From NCBI RefSeq assembly GCF_001194135.2, contig NC_068993.1, forward strand, positions 43,002,402 to 43,065,282: a DNA stretch of 62,881 bases, read 5' to 3'. The notes under the pieces are model-generated. The model was given only the letters and a program-made list of their open reading frames with translations. It searched no databases and was not told the origin of the DNA. This DNA is from Octopus bimaculoides (taxonomy: Eukaryota). The position numbers were made by a program, and so were the translations under genes. Numbering within the stretch: the first letter of the stretch is position 1; each line of letters opens with the position of its first letter. This document shows positions 26,307-37,975 of the stretch, piece by piece.

Positions 26307-27180
26307 CCGCTACAAAAAGATTGGACGTCATTCCTGATTTATTTCAGGCACTCCTCTAAGGCTTCTTCGCTTGCCATCTCTATTTTCTTGCTCTTGACTG
26401 ACAGCATTCTGTAAACCACAATTTTCTTATTTTTCATTTTTGTAACATCTTCATGGGAGAGGTCAACTTTAGCCTTGACCCCTCTCTCTCAATTAAATCC
26501 TTGCTCCTCTTGAAAATTTCCAAATCCACCGGCACCTCCTCCGCTTCCATAGGCTAACGGTGGCTGTAACACTTTCAGGGACCTGCTATAGAAGCGCAGC
26601 TCCCGGCTCGAGCCCGCTCGGGCGCCTGCACCACCTCCACAGTCCAACAGTACTTTCGCCCCCGAATGGGGGAGAAAACAAAAACAAGGCAAACAGCACA
26701 ACAACCAATCAACAACAGCTCAACAGTTTCAACAATAAGCAAACCCGCTACGGAGAACCTTCTACGAAAGACAACCTCTCTGCAACTGAATCACAAGTGA
26801 TTTAACCAGGAAAACTACCAAAACGCTCTCCCTTGCTACTCCCGACCACTACACTTTATAAGAGTTCGGCTAGTCCATTCTACAATCCGCCAGGTGTATC
26901 AATGACTCTCACCACAACATCTCCCCCTTCCGTTGGAAGTTAACATTATTTTTATTTAATTATTTTTCTTTTATCACACCGACATTTTCACTGCATATCA
27001 TAACCAGTGATACTAAGAAGTATAATAGTAAACTTAGCTCTATGCTAAAAGCAGACTGAGAGAAGAAAATGTATGTGGAGCCGTACAATCAACAGTAATT
27101 GTCGTACATCTAACTGTACACACAACATACACTATATGTGTGTGTGTGTGTGTGCGTGCTTGTCTGTGTGTCCATGTGTG

Positions 27181-27413
27181 TTATTTCTTTACTACCCACA
27201 AGGGGCTACACACAGAGGGGACAAACAAAGACGGACAAACGGATTAAGTCGATTACATCGACCCCAGTGCGTAACTGGTACTTATTCAATCGACCCCGAA
27301 AGGATGAAAGGCAAAGTCGACATCGGCGGAATTTGAACTCAGAACGTAACGGCAGACGAAATACCGCTAAGCATTTCGCCCGGCGTGCTAACGTTTCTGC
27401 CAGCTCGCCGCCT
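27181..27413 (-). mobile_element. Full-length young SINE family A copy (Tx1-like tail)
   Basis: Near-identical reverse complement of 3279-3511 over head, centre and tail. Confidence 0.95.
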
Positions 27414-27485
27414 ATATGTGTGTGTTGCGTGCAGGTGTGTGTGTGAGCGTTCGTGTGTGAGTCTACGAGCGTGTGTGTGGTGTGC

Positions 27486-27528
<43 letters not shown>

Positions 27529-27562
27529 CATGTGTGTGCGTAGTTTCGTGTGTGTTTATGTA

Positions 27563-27762
27563 AGAGGGGGCGCTGTAAAGTTCCTGGCTTTGAGCAAACG
27601 AAAATACAGGAGTATCAGTTCATATATTCCGCTCTCGGATTCGCATACTTATTACAGCGGCCTTCAGGTTTTCTAAGACCTGTAAAAGACTTCGGAAGGT
27701 TAGGCTCTCAGCCAGGCCTTTCACGACACCCTTATAGCCAGGAAGCTTTCAGCACACCCTCA
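27563..27762. mobile_element. Mariner-type MITE (200 bp) with ~28-bp TIRs and TA TSD
   Basis: Left TA|AGAGGGGGCGCTGTAAAGTTCCTGGCTTT; right end read on the minus strand TA|TGAGGGTGTGCTGAAAGCTTCCTGGCTAT; no ORF. Confidence 0.85.
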
Positions 27763-28009
27763 TATGTATTTATAAGCCTAAATATTCACATACACTCGAT
27801 GCACCCTGTACATGCGCGTAAGCATGCACACAAATATGCTTACAATTATAAATACTAGCATACATAACAAAGTCGCTAATTTAGGTATTTGTGTAAAATA
27901 AACAGAATCTTCTAAAATGGGTTTAAAATATTTCGTAGACATAACACATATAGTGCACATATCACTAAATTATTATTATTGTAAATTATTAATTACATTA
28001 ACAGGAGAC

Positions 28010-28270
28010 ATAAGAAAATATGAAGATTAGGGTCATATTCAAAGAAGCAGAGGTCTTGAAAACATTATCATGGAAGGAAGAGTCGAGAGTAGTAGATCAA
28101 GAGGTAGGGGCATAGGACGCAATGGATAGATGATATCACAAGCTGGATGGGCAATGGCGGAAAGGCAGCTGGAGAACTCGTTCTTAATCGGGAAGATTTT
28201 CGCAGTAGTGTCAGCAATGCGCTGCAGGTATATGATATATGGTGACGATGAATAATGTTTATCTTTTTCT
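28010..28270 (+). mobile_element. RTE-clade LINE 3' end
   Basis: Plus frame GHIQRSRGLENIIMEGRVESSRSRGRG, then after a frameshift RTQWIDDITSWMG...NREDFRSSV; typical RTE C-terminus. Confidence 0.8.
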
Positions 28271-28591
28271 ATTTCAGGGAACAATTATATTAACGAGTAC
28301 TAAATCAACAGCAGCTTATGAATATTAAATATAGCTTAATGAAGTAAGGAACTATTGTTATGAAATAATAACTATCGTATATGTTGGCATATGAATCATC
28401 CTTTTTCGGAAAGAAGAAATCTCAAACACCTCCCCGGATCTTATATGCTGAGTTAGTCCTAATTTTCTCACTAGTATAAGTTGATTTTAACCCAGACAGT
28501 CTCTTGTGCATAGCCTGACTCTATAATAATATTTACATGACTACAATAATAATTATTATTGTAATTGTTGTTGTCATCGTTGTTGTTGTTT

Positions 28592-28720
28592 GGCGCATGG
28601 CCTAGTGAGGGCGTATGTCCTACTGGTTAGGGTGTTGCACTCACGATCGCTAGATCGTGATTTCAATTCCTAGATTGGGTGGTGCGTTGTGTTCTTGAGT
28701 AAAACATTCCATCTCAGCTG
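28592..28720 (+). mobile_element. SINE family C 5' half (tRNA head), with duplicated first ~16 bp
   Basis: GGCGCATGGCCTAGTG...GGTTAGGGTGTTGCACTCACGATCGCTAGATCGTGATTTCAATTCC...GTTGTGTTCTTGAGTAAAACA; related to 44761-44950 and 62431-62690. Confidence 0.8.
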
Positions 28721-29241
28721 TTGTCGCATGTGGGACGGATCTGTCACTTAGTTGAGTCCATAGTGATGACTGCCTCGCTGCCCTCCCTTAATCATGTAGA
28801 CAAGGCAGTTTTCCTTTGCTTGGTGGCTGTGGCGAAAGTGGTTGTCTTGTGGACAAGGTTGAAAGGCATGAGGACAGAGACATTTCTGTTGGGCAGAGTC
28901 CTCATAGATCTTTTCAAATTTCATTTGAAAAGAACAGTGAGGGTTGAGATGTAGGTGCTGTCCACGAGTGAATTTTTATACAAAGTGGGTGAAAGTAGTA
29001 GCGAAAATGGTGAGAATGGATGGTACCGCTCTAAGTGTAGATCTGTGTTTCAGACACTTTTACTGTTGCATACTATGTATTCACTTCTTTGTTTTATTGT
29101 ACACTGTGTATAGTTTCTATATATACATTACTTTTTATTTTTATCTCATTATCATTTCATCAAATGTAAATCCTCACACTTTATGTCTGTCTTTGCATTG
29201 TCCCTTCTCACCCTTCACCTTGGTGGCAAACAAAAGAAATC
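28721..29241 (+). mobile_element. L1/Tx1-clade LINE 3' end (ORF2 C-terminus plus 3'UTR)
   Basis: KAVFLCLVAVAKVVVLWTRLKG...FKFHLKRTVRVE and ..KWVKVVAKMVRMDGTALSV, resembling the Tx1 ORF2 C-terminal 'AK..IW..R' region; pyrimidine-rich UTR ending AAAAGAAATC before a triplet tail. Clade call is from motif resemblance only. Confidence 0.65.
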
Positions 29242-29248
29242 AATTTTA

Positions 29249-29504
<256 letters not shown>

Positions 29505-29924
29505 TGTAAAAGGAATTATCTGAACAATAGATTGCTAGTTTGCTTTAAATATTACATACTTACTTTAATGCACTCAAAACTCTTTTTTCCTGAATATGCA
29601 CTTGGGGTTCATCTAATATGCCTGCGTCTTTTATTCCATCAAATGCGACTTGTAATTATTACAATGTATTATTATTTATCTAGATGTGTAAGAAACTATT
29701 AGTAATAACATTCATAATGAGACCTAACTTCATAGTTACTATGGCGCCTGTAAGTTAAACTGCATGAATAGGTAACACGTTATCAGCACCGGTACACTAC
29801 TGAATTAATCTATACATATAAATTGGAATGGGAAAGAGAGATTAAAAGAGGGGATGGAATGTCTCCAAAATTATGAAAATGATGTGAAATTTCGCTTCTA
29901 AATGCGTTGTACGAAAATAAGCAC

Positions 29925-30330
29925 CCATCCATCTTCTCTGCCCATTATTACTGAGAGAGTCATGGGGATAGGATCCTCGGGTACCTCTTCCACAGGGTAC
30001 TTTCAGAAGCAATAATCACTTAACGACTGGAATCTCAGGAGTGACCAACTGTGACTATGAATATTATCCATTCATCCTCACCTTAGTCAGCTGCCGGTTG
30101 GTTCGGCTTGAGGAACCCGTCTTACGATTCTTTCCCCACGACACTCTAATTACATGTCCGCTGTATCGGAGCCGTTCAATACGGAGAAATGACTCGACGA
30201 GGAAATATATCTTGATCTCCGAGCTACGCATCCTGTTAAATAGCCTTATTTCAAGTATCCTTCGGATGAACCTCATTTTAGCCTCTTGTATTCGCGATCG
30301 TAAGCTTTCGGTCATTAACCCAATAAGAGT
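29925..30330 (-). mobile_element. RTE-clade (Rex3/Expander-like) LINE 3' fragment
   Basis: ORF 30064-30315 LRSRIQEAKMRFIRRILEIRLFNRMRSSEIK...LRIERLRYSGHVIRV, cf. RSRIQAAEMRFLRR...DRVRSS.IR...LRIER.QLRW.GH..RM. Confidence 0.85.
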
Positions 30331-32102
30331 ATAAGAATATGATTTTTTTTTTAAATTAGGTTAGTTTCGTTACTGTTTTAGAAGCCATGACAATAGCTAA
30401 TCACATAAAATACCATAAAGGTTTCACAAGAACTTATATTGAGAAATTTTATGGCCGTACGAAATGTGAATACAGAGAGTCTGGCTGTTATTTCGTTTTA
30501 GTTTAAAGACAATGCTGAGGCTCTCTCATGAGTTCTTTTCTAGTTTAATCTCTAGTTTCGGTCATAGAGAAAATAATGTATTTTTGTCTTCNNNNNNNNN
30601 NNNNNNNNNNNNNNNNNNNNNNNNNNNNNNNNNNNNNNNNNNNNNNNNNNNNNNNNNNNNNNNNNNNNNNNNNNNNNNNNNNNNNNNNNNNNNNNNNNNN
30701 NNNNNNNNNNNNNNNNNNNNNNNNNNNNNNNNNNNNNNNNNNNNNNNNNNNNNNNNNNNNNNNNNNNNNNNNNNNNNNNNNNNNNNNNNNNNNNNNNNNN
30801 NNNNNNNNNNNNNNNNNNNNNNNNNNNNNNNNNNNNNNNNNNNNNNNNNNNNNNNNNNNNNNNNNNNNNNNNNNNNNNNNNNNNNNNNNNNNNNNNNNNN
30901 NNNNNNNNNNNNNNNNNNNNNNNNNNNNNNNNNNNNNNNNNNNNNNNNNNNNNNNNNNNNNNNNNNNNNNNNNNNNNNNNNNNNNNNNNNNNNNNNNNNN
31001 NNNNNNNNNNNNNNNNNNNNNNNNNNNATTCATTCACAAGGTACTGGCTGGCGATCCGGGCTTATAGTAGAAGACACCCAAAATGCTTGAACACAGAACG
31101 ACGTGGGGGCAAAACAAGCTTCTTAAACACACAGCTGTCCCTGCGCCGAGTGAAAGATAGTGAGGCAGAAAAAGAATAAAGCCTTATTTTAGAAATGCCA
31201 AAAAAAAAACGAAAAGAATATACAAATTGCTATGTAATGGCATCTTTTTAGCATCTCAAAGTCATAGAAAAAGGCAGGATATCTAAAATAGGCAAAAGCA
31301 ATTTTAGTAACACATACCAATGAAACAAGACCTAACTCTATGCTTTCACTAGAGAAAGAAAACCGTTCAAATAAAAATCTAATTTGGTGACATTGGTATT
31401 AAGTCAATTGGGAAATTGGTAATGCTAATGAGGAATGGTAATGACCTCTGAATATTATATGAATGAGCAACATAGACATACATTTAGAGATAAATACAAT
31501 ATGGTTTCATTTGGAACAGCGTCTGTTGGTATTTAAAGCAAATCCTGTTGAATAAAGCCATAGTTTAGCGAATAAAATAGAGATTTTCGTGATAGCGAAA
31601 AATGTGATCAACTTGTTTTCCTGTTCTTCTTTCTTGATATGACTACAGGCCATTAAACTCTGGCAATCAGACTATAATCGCAGTTTGTAAAGCAATTCTA
31701 TGATGAAGATATATAGCTGCCATATAGGATGTGAGTGTTTATTAGGAATAGAAAAGCGTTTAAGTAAATAAGCTGCTTGTGAGACAAAATGTTTGATAAT
31801 AAAACATGCAAATGCAAGTTTGGGCAATTGCATTACGTATGAATGTTTGCGTACCTGTATACATACATATATATGTGTGTATGTGTGAGCATATAAATTG
31901 AGTGTGTGAATGTATCTAGGTATATAAATATATATATGTTGATATATAAGTAAGAATATGTCTATATGTATATATATAATATCCATAGATTCTTATACAA
32001 AATCACTCACTTTATATAGCTCTATGCACTTATATGCTGTTGTGTATATTATATATTAATGTACATGTATTCGTAAACATGTGATTAGATAGATAGATAG
32101 AC

Positions 32103-32156
<54 letters not shown>

Positions 32157-32666
32157 GTATTCAGACTGAAAGAAGCTTGGCAACACTTTAGTTGTCTTTT
32201 CTCTAAGTAAGTAAATGGATCCTCATCGGTTTTCGACGATGAGCATTCAGTTGTTCGATCAACTGAATTACCTGTCCATTTGGTAGCAGTGTAAACAACG
32301 GAACATTTCATAAATCTGTGCATCCATAAAATATTTATTTCTTAAATAAAATCTACCTAATGCACTGTGATAGAACTGTATCTTTGAATCCATTCCACGA
32401 GCTTTTTCACGATTTCCATCAATCCAGTTTCACTGACGCGGCGTGGGTTAACCCGAAACAATGGTGAAGTACATTTAAATGAGATGTAACGCAATGGGAT
32501 CGAACTCAGATCTCGAGATTTCAAAGTGAACTTCTATTTGGCTATGATGTGTCCAGGAGGATGTCACTTTTTCTCTAATGTTATCTTCACACAGCTTTTG
32601 TAATGATTTGATTTTTTTAAATTTTTATATGCAACAGAAGCAGTGTTAGAATAACATAGCTACTTA

Positions 32667-33549
32667 CGAGATTTTATCAAAAAGTTCCCGGACTAGTTTT
32701 GTAGCGCGCCAACAGGTGGCAGTACATGGCTACGTGCGCAGTGAGACCTATCAGTGATCTTCATGAGGCTGTGTGTCGTGTGATATTGCTGTGTTTACTT
32801 CGCAAGTTACGAAATTTGTGCTTTTGTGCTCACGTTTATGCTGTCTGTAATCTGGGAACAAAGAGCCAACATGAAATTTTGCGTTAAACTTGGGAAGTCT
32901 GCTACAAAGATATGTCAGCAAGCTTACGGCGATGTAAATCGTACGCATAAAGGATCGCACGCAATGTTTCGAGTGTCACGGGCATTTCAAAAGCGGAAGA
33001 ACGTCCTTGGAAGACGATGAGTGATCTGGAAGACCTGTCGCGAGCGTCACCCCTGAAAATGTCGTATTGTACATCGAGAATTCGCTCCCCAGGACCAGAC
33101 CGTCAATCGAGAGTTCTACTGCAACGTTTTGAAGCGTTTGAGGAAGGTTATTTGGCGAAAGCGACCGCATTTGTGAAGCAGGAAGAACTGGATTCTTCAC
33201 GATGACAATGCACCCTCTCACCGAGTTCTCCTCACTCGTGAGTTTCTCGCCATAAACAACATGGTATCGCTTCTGCATCCACTCTATTCAGCCAGATTTA
33301 GTACCTGCGGATTTCTATCTCTTTCCCAAGATAAAAATGCAGCTCAAAGGTTGCCGTTGTCGAGATTCAAAGCGAATTGCAGAAGGTCTTCAACTCGTTT
33401 ACGGAAAACGATTTCCAGGTTGGATTCCAAAAGTGGCAGGAACACTGGGGCCAGTGTATTACCGCACAAGATGACTATTTCGAGGGAGATGAGGATAAGT
33501 TATTATTTATTAAACATAACTAGTCCGGTAACCTTTTGATGTCACCTCG
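32667..33549 (+). mobile_element. Internally deleted mariner (Tc1/mariner, DD34D-type) DNA transposon, 883 bp, dead transposase
   Basis: TIRs CGAGATTTTATCAAAAAGTTCCCGGACTAGTT and (reverse complement) CGAGGTGACATCAAAAGGTTACCGGACTAGTT; TA at 32665-32666 and 33550-33551; peptides EQRANMKFCVKLGKSAT, GRTSLEDDE, TVNREFYCNVLKRLRKVI, DNAPSHR, LLHPLYS, ADFYLFPKIK, YFEGDE. Confidence 0.93.
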
Positions 33550-34204
33550 TATGTGTCATATTTAACGTAAATATATCGTTATAGGCAAAAGTTACTACGG
33601 CATTGATCCTAGCTAATTTCTCGTCAATCAACGTCCAAAGGTCTTTACAATATTGCGTCTTTAACGTTGATAGTGTACATTTTTTTGTAACGCCAATGGC
33701 GAAAAACCACTGAGAATAGCTAATGAACGTACAGAGCAACAACGAAACAAACCCGACAAAATGATATATACATATACAACAAAAAAAGCCGTGCAGCTGC
33801 AAGACAGACATATATTGGACAACGCAAAGGAAAATGGAAATGTCCTGAAGATGAGAAGAGGACAGATAGAAAATCAGAACGAAGGAAGAATTAGAAGTAT
33901 TAGGGAGGGAAAGAAATAGAAAGAGAGAAGTAGGAAGGCAAAAGAGAGGCAAGTTAGGAAGGGAAACGGTGCTCATAGCTATTTATAGGGCCTCCAAGTG
34001 AGGGAGGAAGGTATCTTTCAAGTGTAGACCTGACCTGACAACTTCTAACGGAGTGGACTCTGCTATGGTACCAGGTGATGATATCAAACCAGGCGACGGG
34101 TGAAGTCTACCACCATTTAAAGGTCATATCCAGAGCAGAAAGAGCCAGAAGAAATACCACCAGGAGTCCGGGCCAACTTTCTTACACTTTCACCAATACA
34201 CCGT

Positions 34205-34400
34205 CTTCGGCTGGTACTCTTTTTATCGATCCCAAAGGGAAGAAAGGCACGGTTGGCCCCAGCGGGATATGAACTTAGAAGGGAAACAACCAGAATAGAT
34301 ACCACAAGACATCATTTCCAGTCTATCGCCTTGAATTTTATCGATGCCAAAAGATAAAAGGTAGAATTGACATCGGTGTGATTTGAACTCAGAACTCGGA
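34205..34400 (-). mobile_element. Two SINE family A central-domain fragments
   Basis: GCTGGTACTCTTTTTATCGATCCCAAAGGGAAGAAAGGCA and TTTATCGATGCCAAAAGATAAAAGGTAGAATTGACATCGGTGTGATTTGAACTCAGAAC. Confidence 0.7.
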
Positions 34401-35334
34401 GAATCGAGACAAAAATGTGAGACAAGAATGTGATGCGTGGTCCCAGCATGCATTCGTATAAAGTTTGTGATGTGCGCCATACAATTCTGGTGAAAGATGC
34501 TACCCCTTACTTCAGTACAGAACCGCCTTCGACACCCCATTAAAACCTCCTTGATGGTTTCCTGTGTAAATTTCTATTGTGGAACTAACTCTTATCCTAG
34601 GGTCTTAGGCCGGGTTTTATCCTCAAACAGGAAAGCTGGGCCAAATGCTCGAAACACAGTGGTCTCCACTAAATGCACTGATGTGAGATGTGATATTGTT
34701 ATACCAGGTGACAGATTACACTCACTACTTACACAGTAGCTCATTTAGACACGCAATACAACACTTATGGCTTTACACTCTCCAGATTCTTTAACGGAAC
34801 AACTCTTTATCATTACAAGGGAAAGTAGCCGTAATGTTGATAATATGCCTTATTACATACACTCCGATAAATGTATTCTAAATTCTTATATACGTTTAGA
34901 CATTAATGAAGTTTTTCATCTATCATTGTTAGTTCCTGTTTATGAGTTGGTTCTTTGCTTCCAACATCTCTTGTCAGTAATTCTTGTAAATTTTAGATTC
35001 TCTGTCATTAAGTTGCAATTGGTGTCTTGTGAATTTGCTTTTCACATTAAGGTAATGTCTAAGTTTCCGATACAACTCTGTAGTTTGCTAATCTCGTTTA
35101 AAAATGTATAGATGTCTCGATTACTTTGATAAATATCGGTCATTTGTAATTGTTGATGAATGAATAACACATTCAATAACCATAAATCAGAACTTCTACC
35201 TGCTCCAATCAGTATTAACAGCGGCGCAATATATCGATGATTACGTTTAATCAGACAGTTTTTCTGTGTCTGCTACTTTTAGATTTTAAAGCTTGTGAAA
35301 TTCTTCCAAAAGTTTGTTGTAAAGCAAGTTTGTT

Positions 35335-35760
35335 CATATACTCTTAAGAAGCTAGCTCGCTTTACAACCTCGCTGCTTTGGGTTCAGTCTCACTGCGCGG
35401 ACCGTCCAATGCATTATGAAGGAAATTGGTAGCCGGATATTGTGTGGTGTGTTGATGTTTATATACATATATACTTCATACATACACACACACATACACA
35501 CACACACATACACACACACACACACACACATATATACAATTATGTCTGTCTGTCTGTTTGTCTGTCTGTATGTATGTATGCATGCATGTATGTATATATG
35601 TATTTATGTATGTATATGTATGTATCTATGAGTGTGTGTGTCTGTGTTTGTTTGTCCCTCTCACACACAAAACTGCTAGACAAGCAGTGTTGGTTTGTTT
35701 ACATTCCCACAAACTACACTCGGCAATAAAGTCCTTCAATATAATTCCAAGCCTACTCAC
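35335..35760 (+). mobile_element. Diverged SINE family B with internal (TA/CA/TG) microsatellite, 3' end interrupted by R4/Dong LINE
   Basis: Head GGGTTCAGTCTCACTGCG; after the microsatellite TTTGTCCCTC...CTAGACAAGCAGTGTTGGTTTGTTTACATTCCC...CGGCAATAAAG. Confidence 0.6.
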
Positions 35761-35764
35761 AACT

Positions 35765-37340
35765 ATCTTTCTGTCAGTCTGAATGGTGAAGTTCCAGAAG
35801 AGTGTGATGCGATCATTTTCAAGCAGTGGGGGTGGTTTGTTATCCCACCATGGGGCAGGTCTAGGTGTTTTTCAAATTACCCAGTGAATATATTGTGCTG
35901 CTCTATAATGCCTGTTGAGATACTCTGTAGGCGCAAGAAAACTTCACGTGCAGACAACATGATCAATGGTTTCATTTTGTTGTTGACATACACATGTTGT
36001 GCCGCTGCTGTTCTTTAATATGTTGGCCTGGTAGTTCCTTGTAGGTAGGCATTGATCTTGGGCTGCTATGATAAACCCTTGTTTCAGATTTTAAGCCAGA
36101 GGCCATTAGCCATTGATGGGTAAGGGCTTTGTCAACATCGGCACTAATAGCTCTCTTTGGGTATTTGCCATTGAAAGGTTTTTCTTGCCATTTATCAGTA
36201 AGAATATCTAAGGCAGCAGGTTTAGCACGGGTTTTCATACGCGTAGCTTTTTCTGTGCTTGTTTCTAGTACGTCTTATTCTGGAATTTGTTGTATCTGGA
36301 ATTTACTTAGATATTCCTTTGCCTGTTTTTTTACTGAGTTTAATGCTTTCTTGTTTTCATGCTTTAAGACAAGTTTTAACATCCAGTTATCCGAGTTTTT
36401 CAAGTAGGTGTCTAGATCAATTGTGACGATCTTCATTGTTAATTCCAGTTGTAAAATTCCACTGCCTCCCTCATTTCTTGGCAGGTAAAGTCGTTGTATA
36501 TCTGCCTTGGGGTGGTGCATTCTATGCATTGTCAACAATTTTCATATTTTTCTGTCAAGTTTACATATTTCAGTAATTGACCAGTTAATGATATTGAAAC
36601 TGTAAGTCACAACCGGTATGGCTAAAGTATTGATCGCTTCGATCCTGTTTCTTGCATTCAACTCTGTCTTGAGTATTGCCCTTACCCTGCGATAACATTC
36701 TCTTCTGATCGTTTCCCTCATCACTGAATGTTTGATTCTGTCCCCTTCAAATATCCCTAGGTATTTGTAGCTCTCCGTTGGTTCTAATTCCTTTATGACA
36801 TCCTGCTGGTCAAGATTAACATTGGATGTTTCTATCATTTTTTCCTTCGAGAAAGGTGGCTTTTGCACATTTATCGAGGGCAAATTGCATCCTGATTTCG
36901 TCACTGGATTGATTAGCAATCGCTAGCAAGCCCTGTAGCTGTTGATCATTTTTTGCAGAGAGCTTTAAATCATCCATGTAAATGAGATGATTTATATGTT
37001 TATCAAGCATTTTATAACCGTACTGTACATCATTGAGCAATATTTTGAAACGTATTAAGGCTAGGCAAAAGACGATGTTTTGATAGAGAGTCACTGTGGA
37101 AAATGCGCTATGAAATTCTTACATCTCCAGCATTGAGAGATTCATTGTCACTGTTCAAAGTCAGTGTGGTTCTCCATGATCTCATACTTACAGACAAGAA
37201 GTTTCACAGAGTAGATGCTATTTTATACATTTCCAGATATTTCTTAAGTTTTTGTGTCATTTGTGACAGTCTTCCAAGATCATCTTATTGATGAGTAGCT
37301 GGTCTTTACAACCATAGGACCCACGTTTACATACTTTTTG
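35765..37340 (-). mobile_element. R4/Dong-clade non-LTR retrotransposon, 5'-truncated RT through C-terminal region
   Basis: Colinear peptides EQKVCKRGSYGCKDQLLINK, IFHSDSLS, INHLIYMDDLKL, SYKYLGIFEG, NRIEAINTLAIPVVTYSF, HHPKADIQRLYLPRNEGG, THQWLMASGLKSET; frameshifts and stops present. Confidence 0.93.
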
Positions 37341-37350
37341 CTCATTAAGG

Positions 37351-37398
<48 letters not shown>
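37341..37398. repeat. (ATT)n microsatellite joining an RTE 3' tail and the Dong 5' junction
   Basis: Direct reading. Confidence 0.95.
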
Positions 37399-37399
<1 letters not shown>

Positions 37400-37418
<19 letters not shown>

Positions 37419-37975
37419 GGCCAGGTTTCAACTCGGGCCGCAACAACGAAGTCCACCCATCACACATTTCGTTCCAACAGCACTGACTCGAGGTAGGTCC
37501 TGGATACATTCCAGGACATTGTCTGCAATCAAGTTGTCGATGGAAGTGTGCCGACGTTTTCCTCTTCTTACATCACCATGAAGAAGGTTCCACAAGACTA
37601 ATTTTGATACTTCCAGTTCAGGGTGACGTACGCAGTGGCCAGATATTCACAGCTGCCTTTGCTTAATCTTCTCGCAAACTTTTGACAGGTCTCCGGAAAG
37701 GCATTCATTTGTCATATGTTTGTGCCATTTTACATTTAGGGCCATTCGTAGCATCGTTGTGTAACATCTATTTAGCCCATTTGATAATTTCCTTCTTAGC
37801 GTCCGTGTTTCACTGCCATGCAATAGGACTAGTTCGACAGTTGCAATGAACAGCTTGATTACAGCCTGGGTAATTTGGAGTTCCAGACCCTGTTTTGTTT
37901 GTGACACGATGTCCATGCTTGTGCCCTTTCCGATCTCAGTATCTGCTTCCGAATTAGAGATACAGTATACCCAAC
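37400..37975 (-). mobile_element. RTE-clade LINE 3' fragment
   Basis: IKLFIATVELVLLHGSETRTL...YTTMLRMALNVKWHKHMTNECL...IKQRQL*ISGHCVRHPELEVSKLVLWEP. Confidence 0.85.

Noticed and set aside
34770-35300. Possible decayed N-terminal region of an R4/Dong ORF
   Set aside because: Only vague peptide resemblance; not supportable without an alignment.
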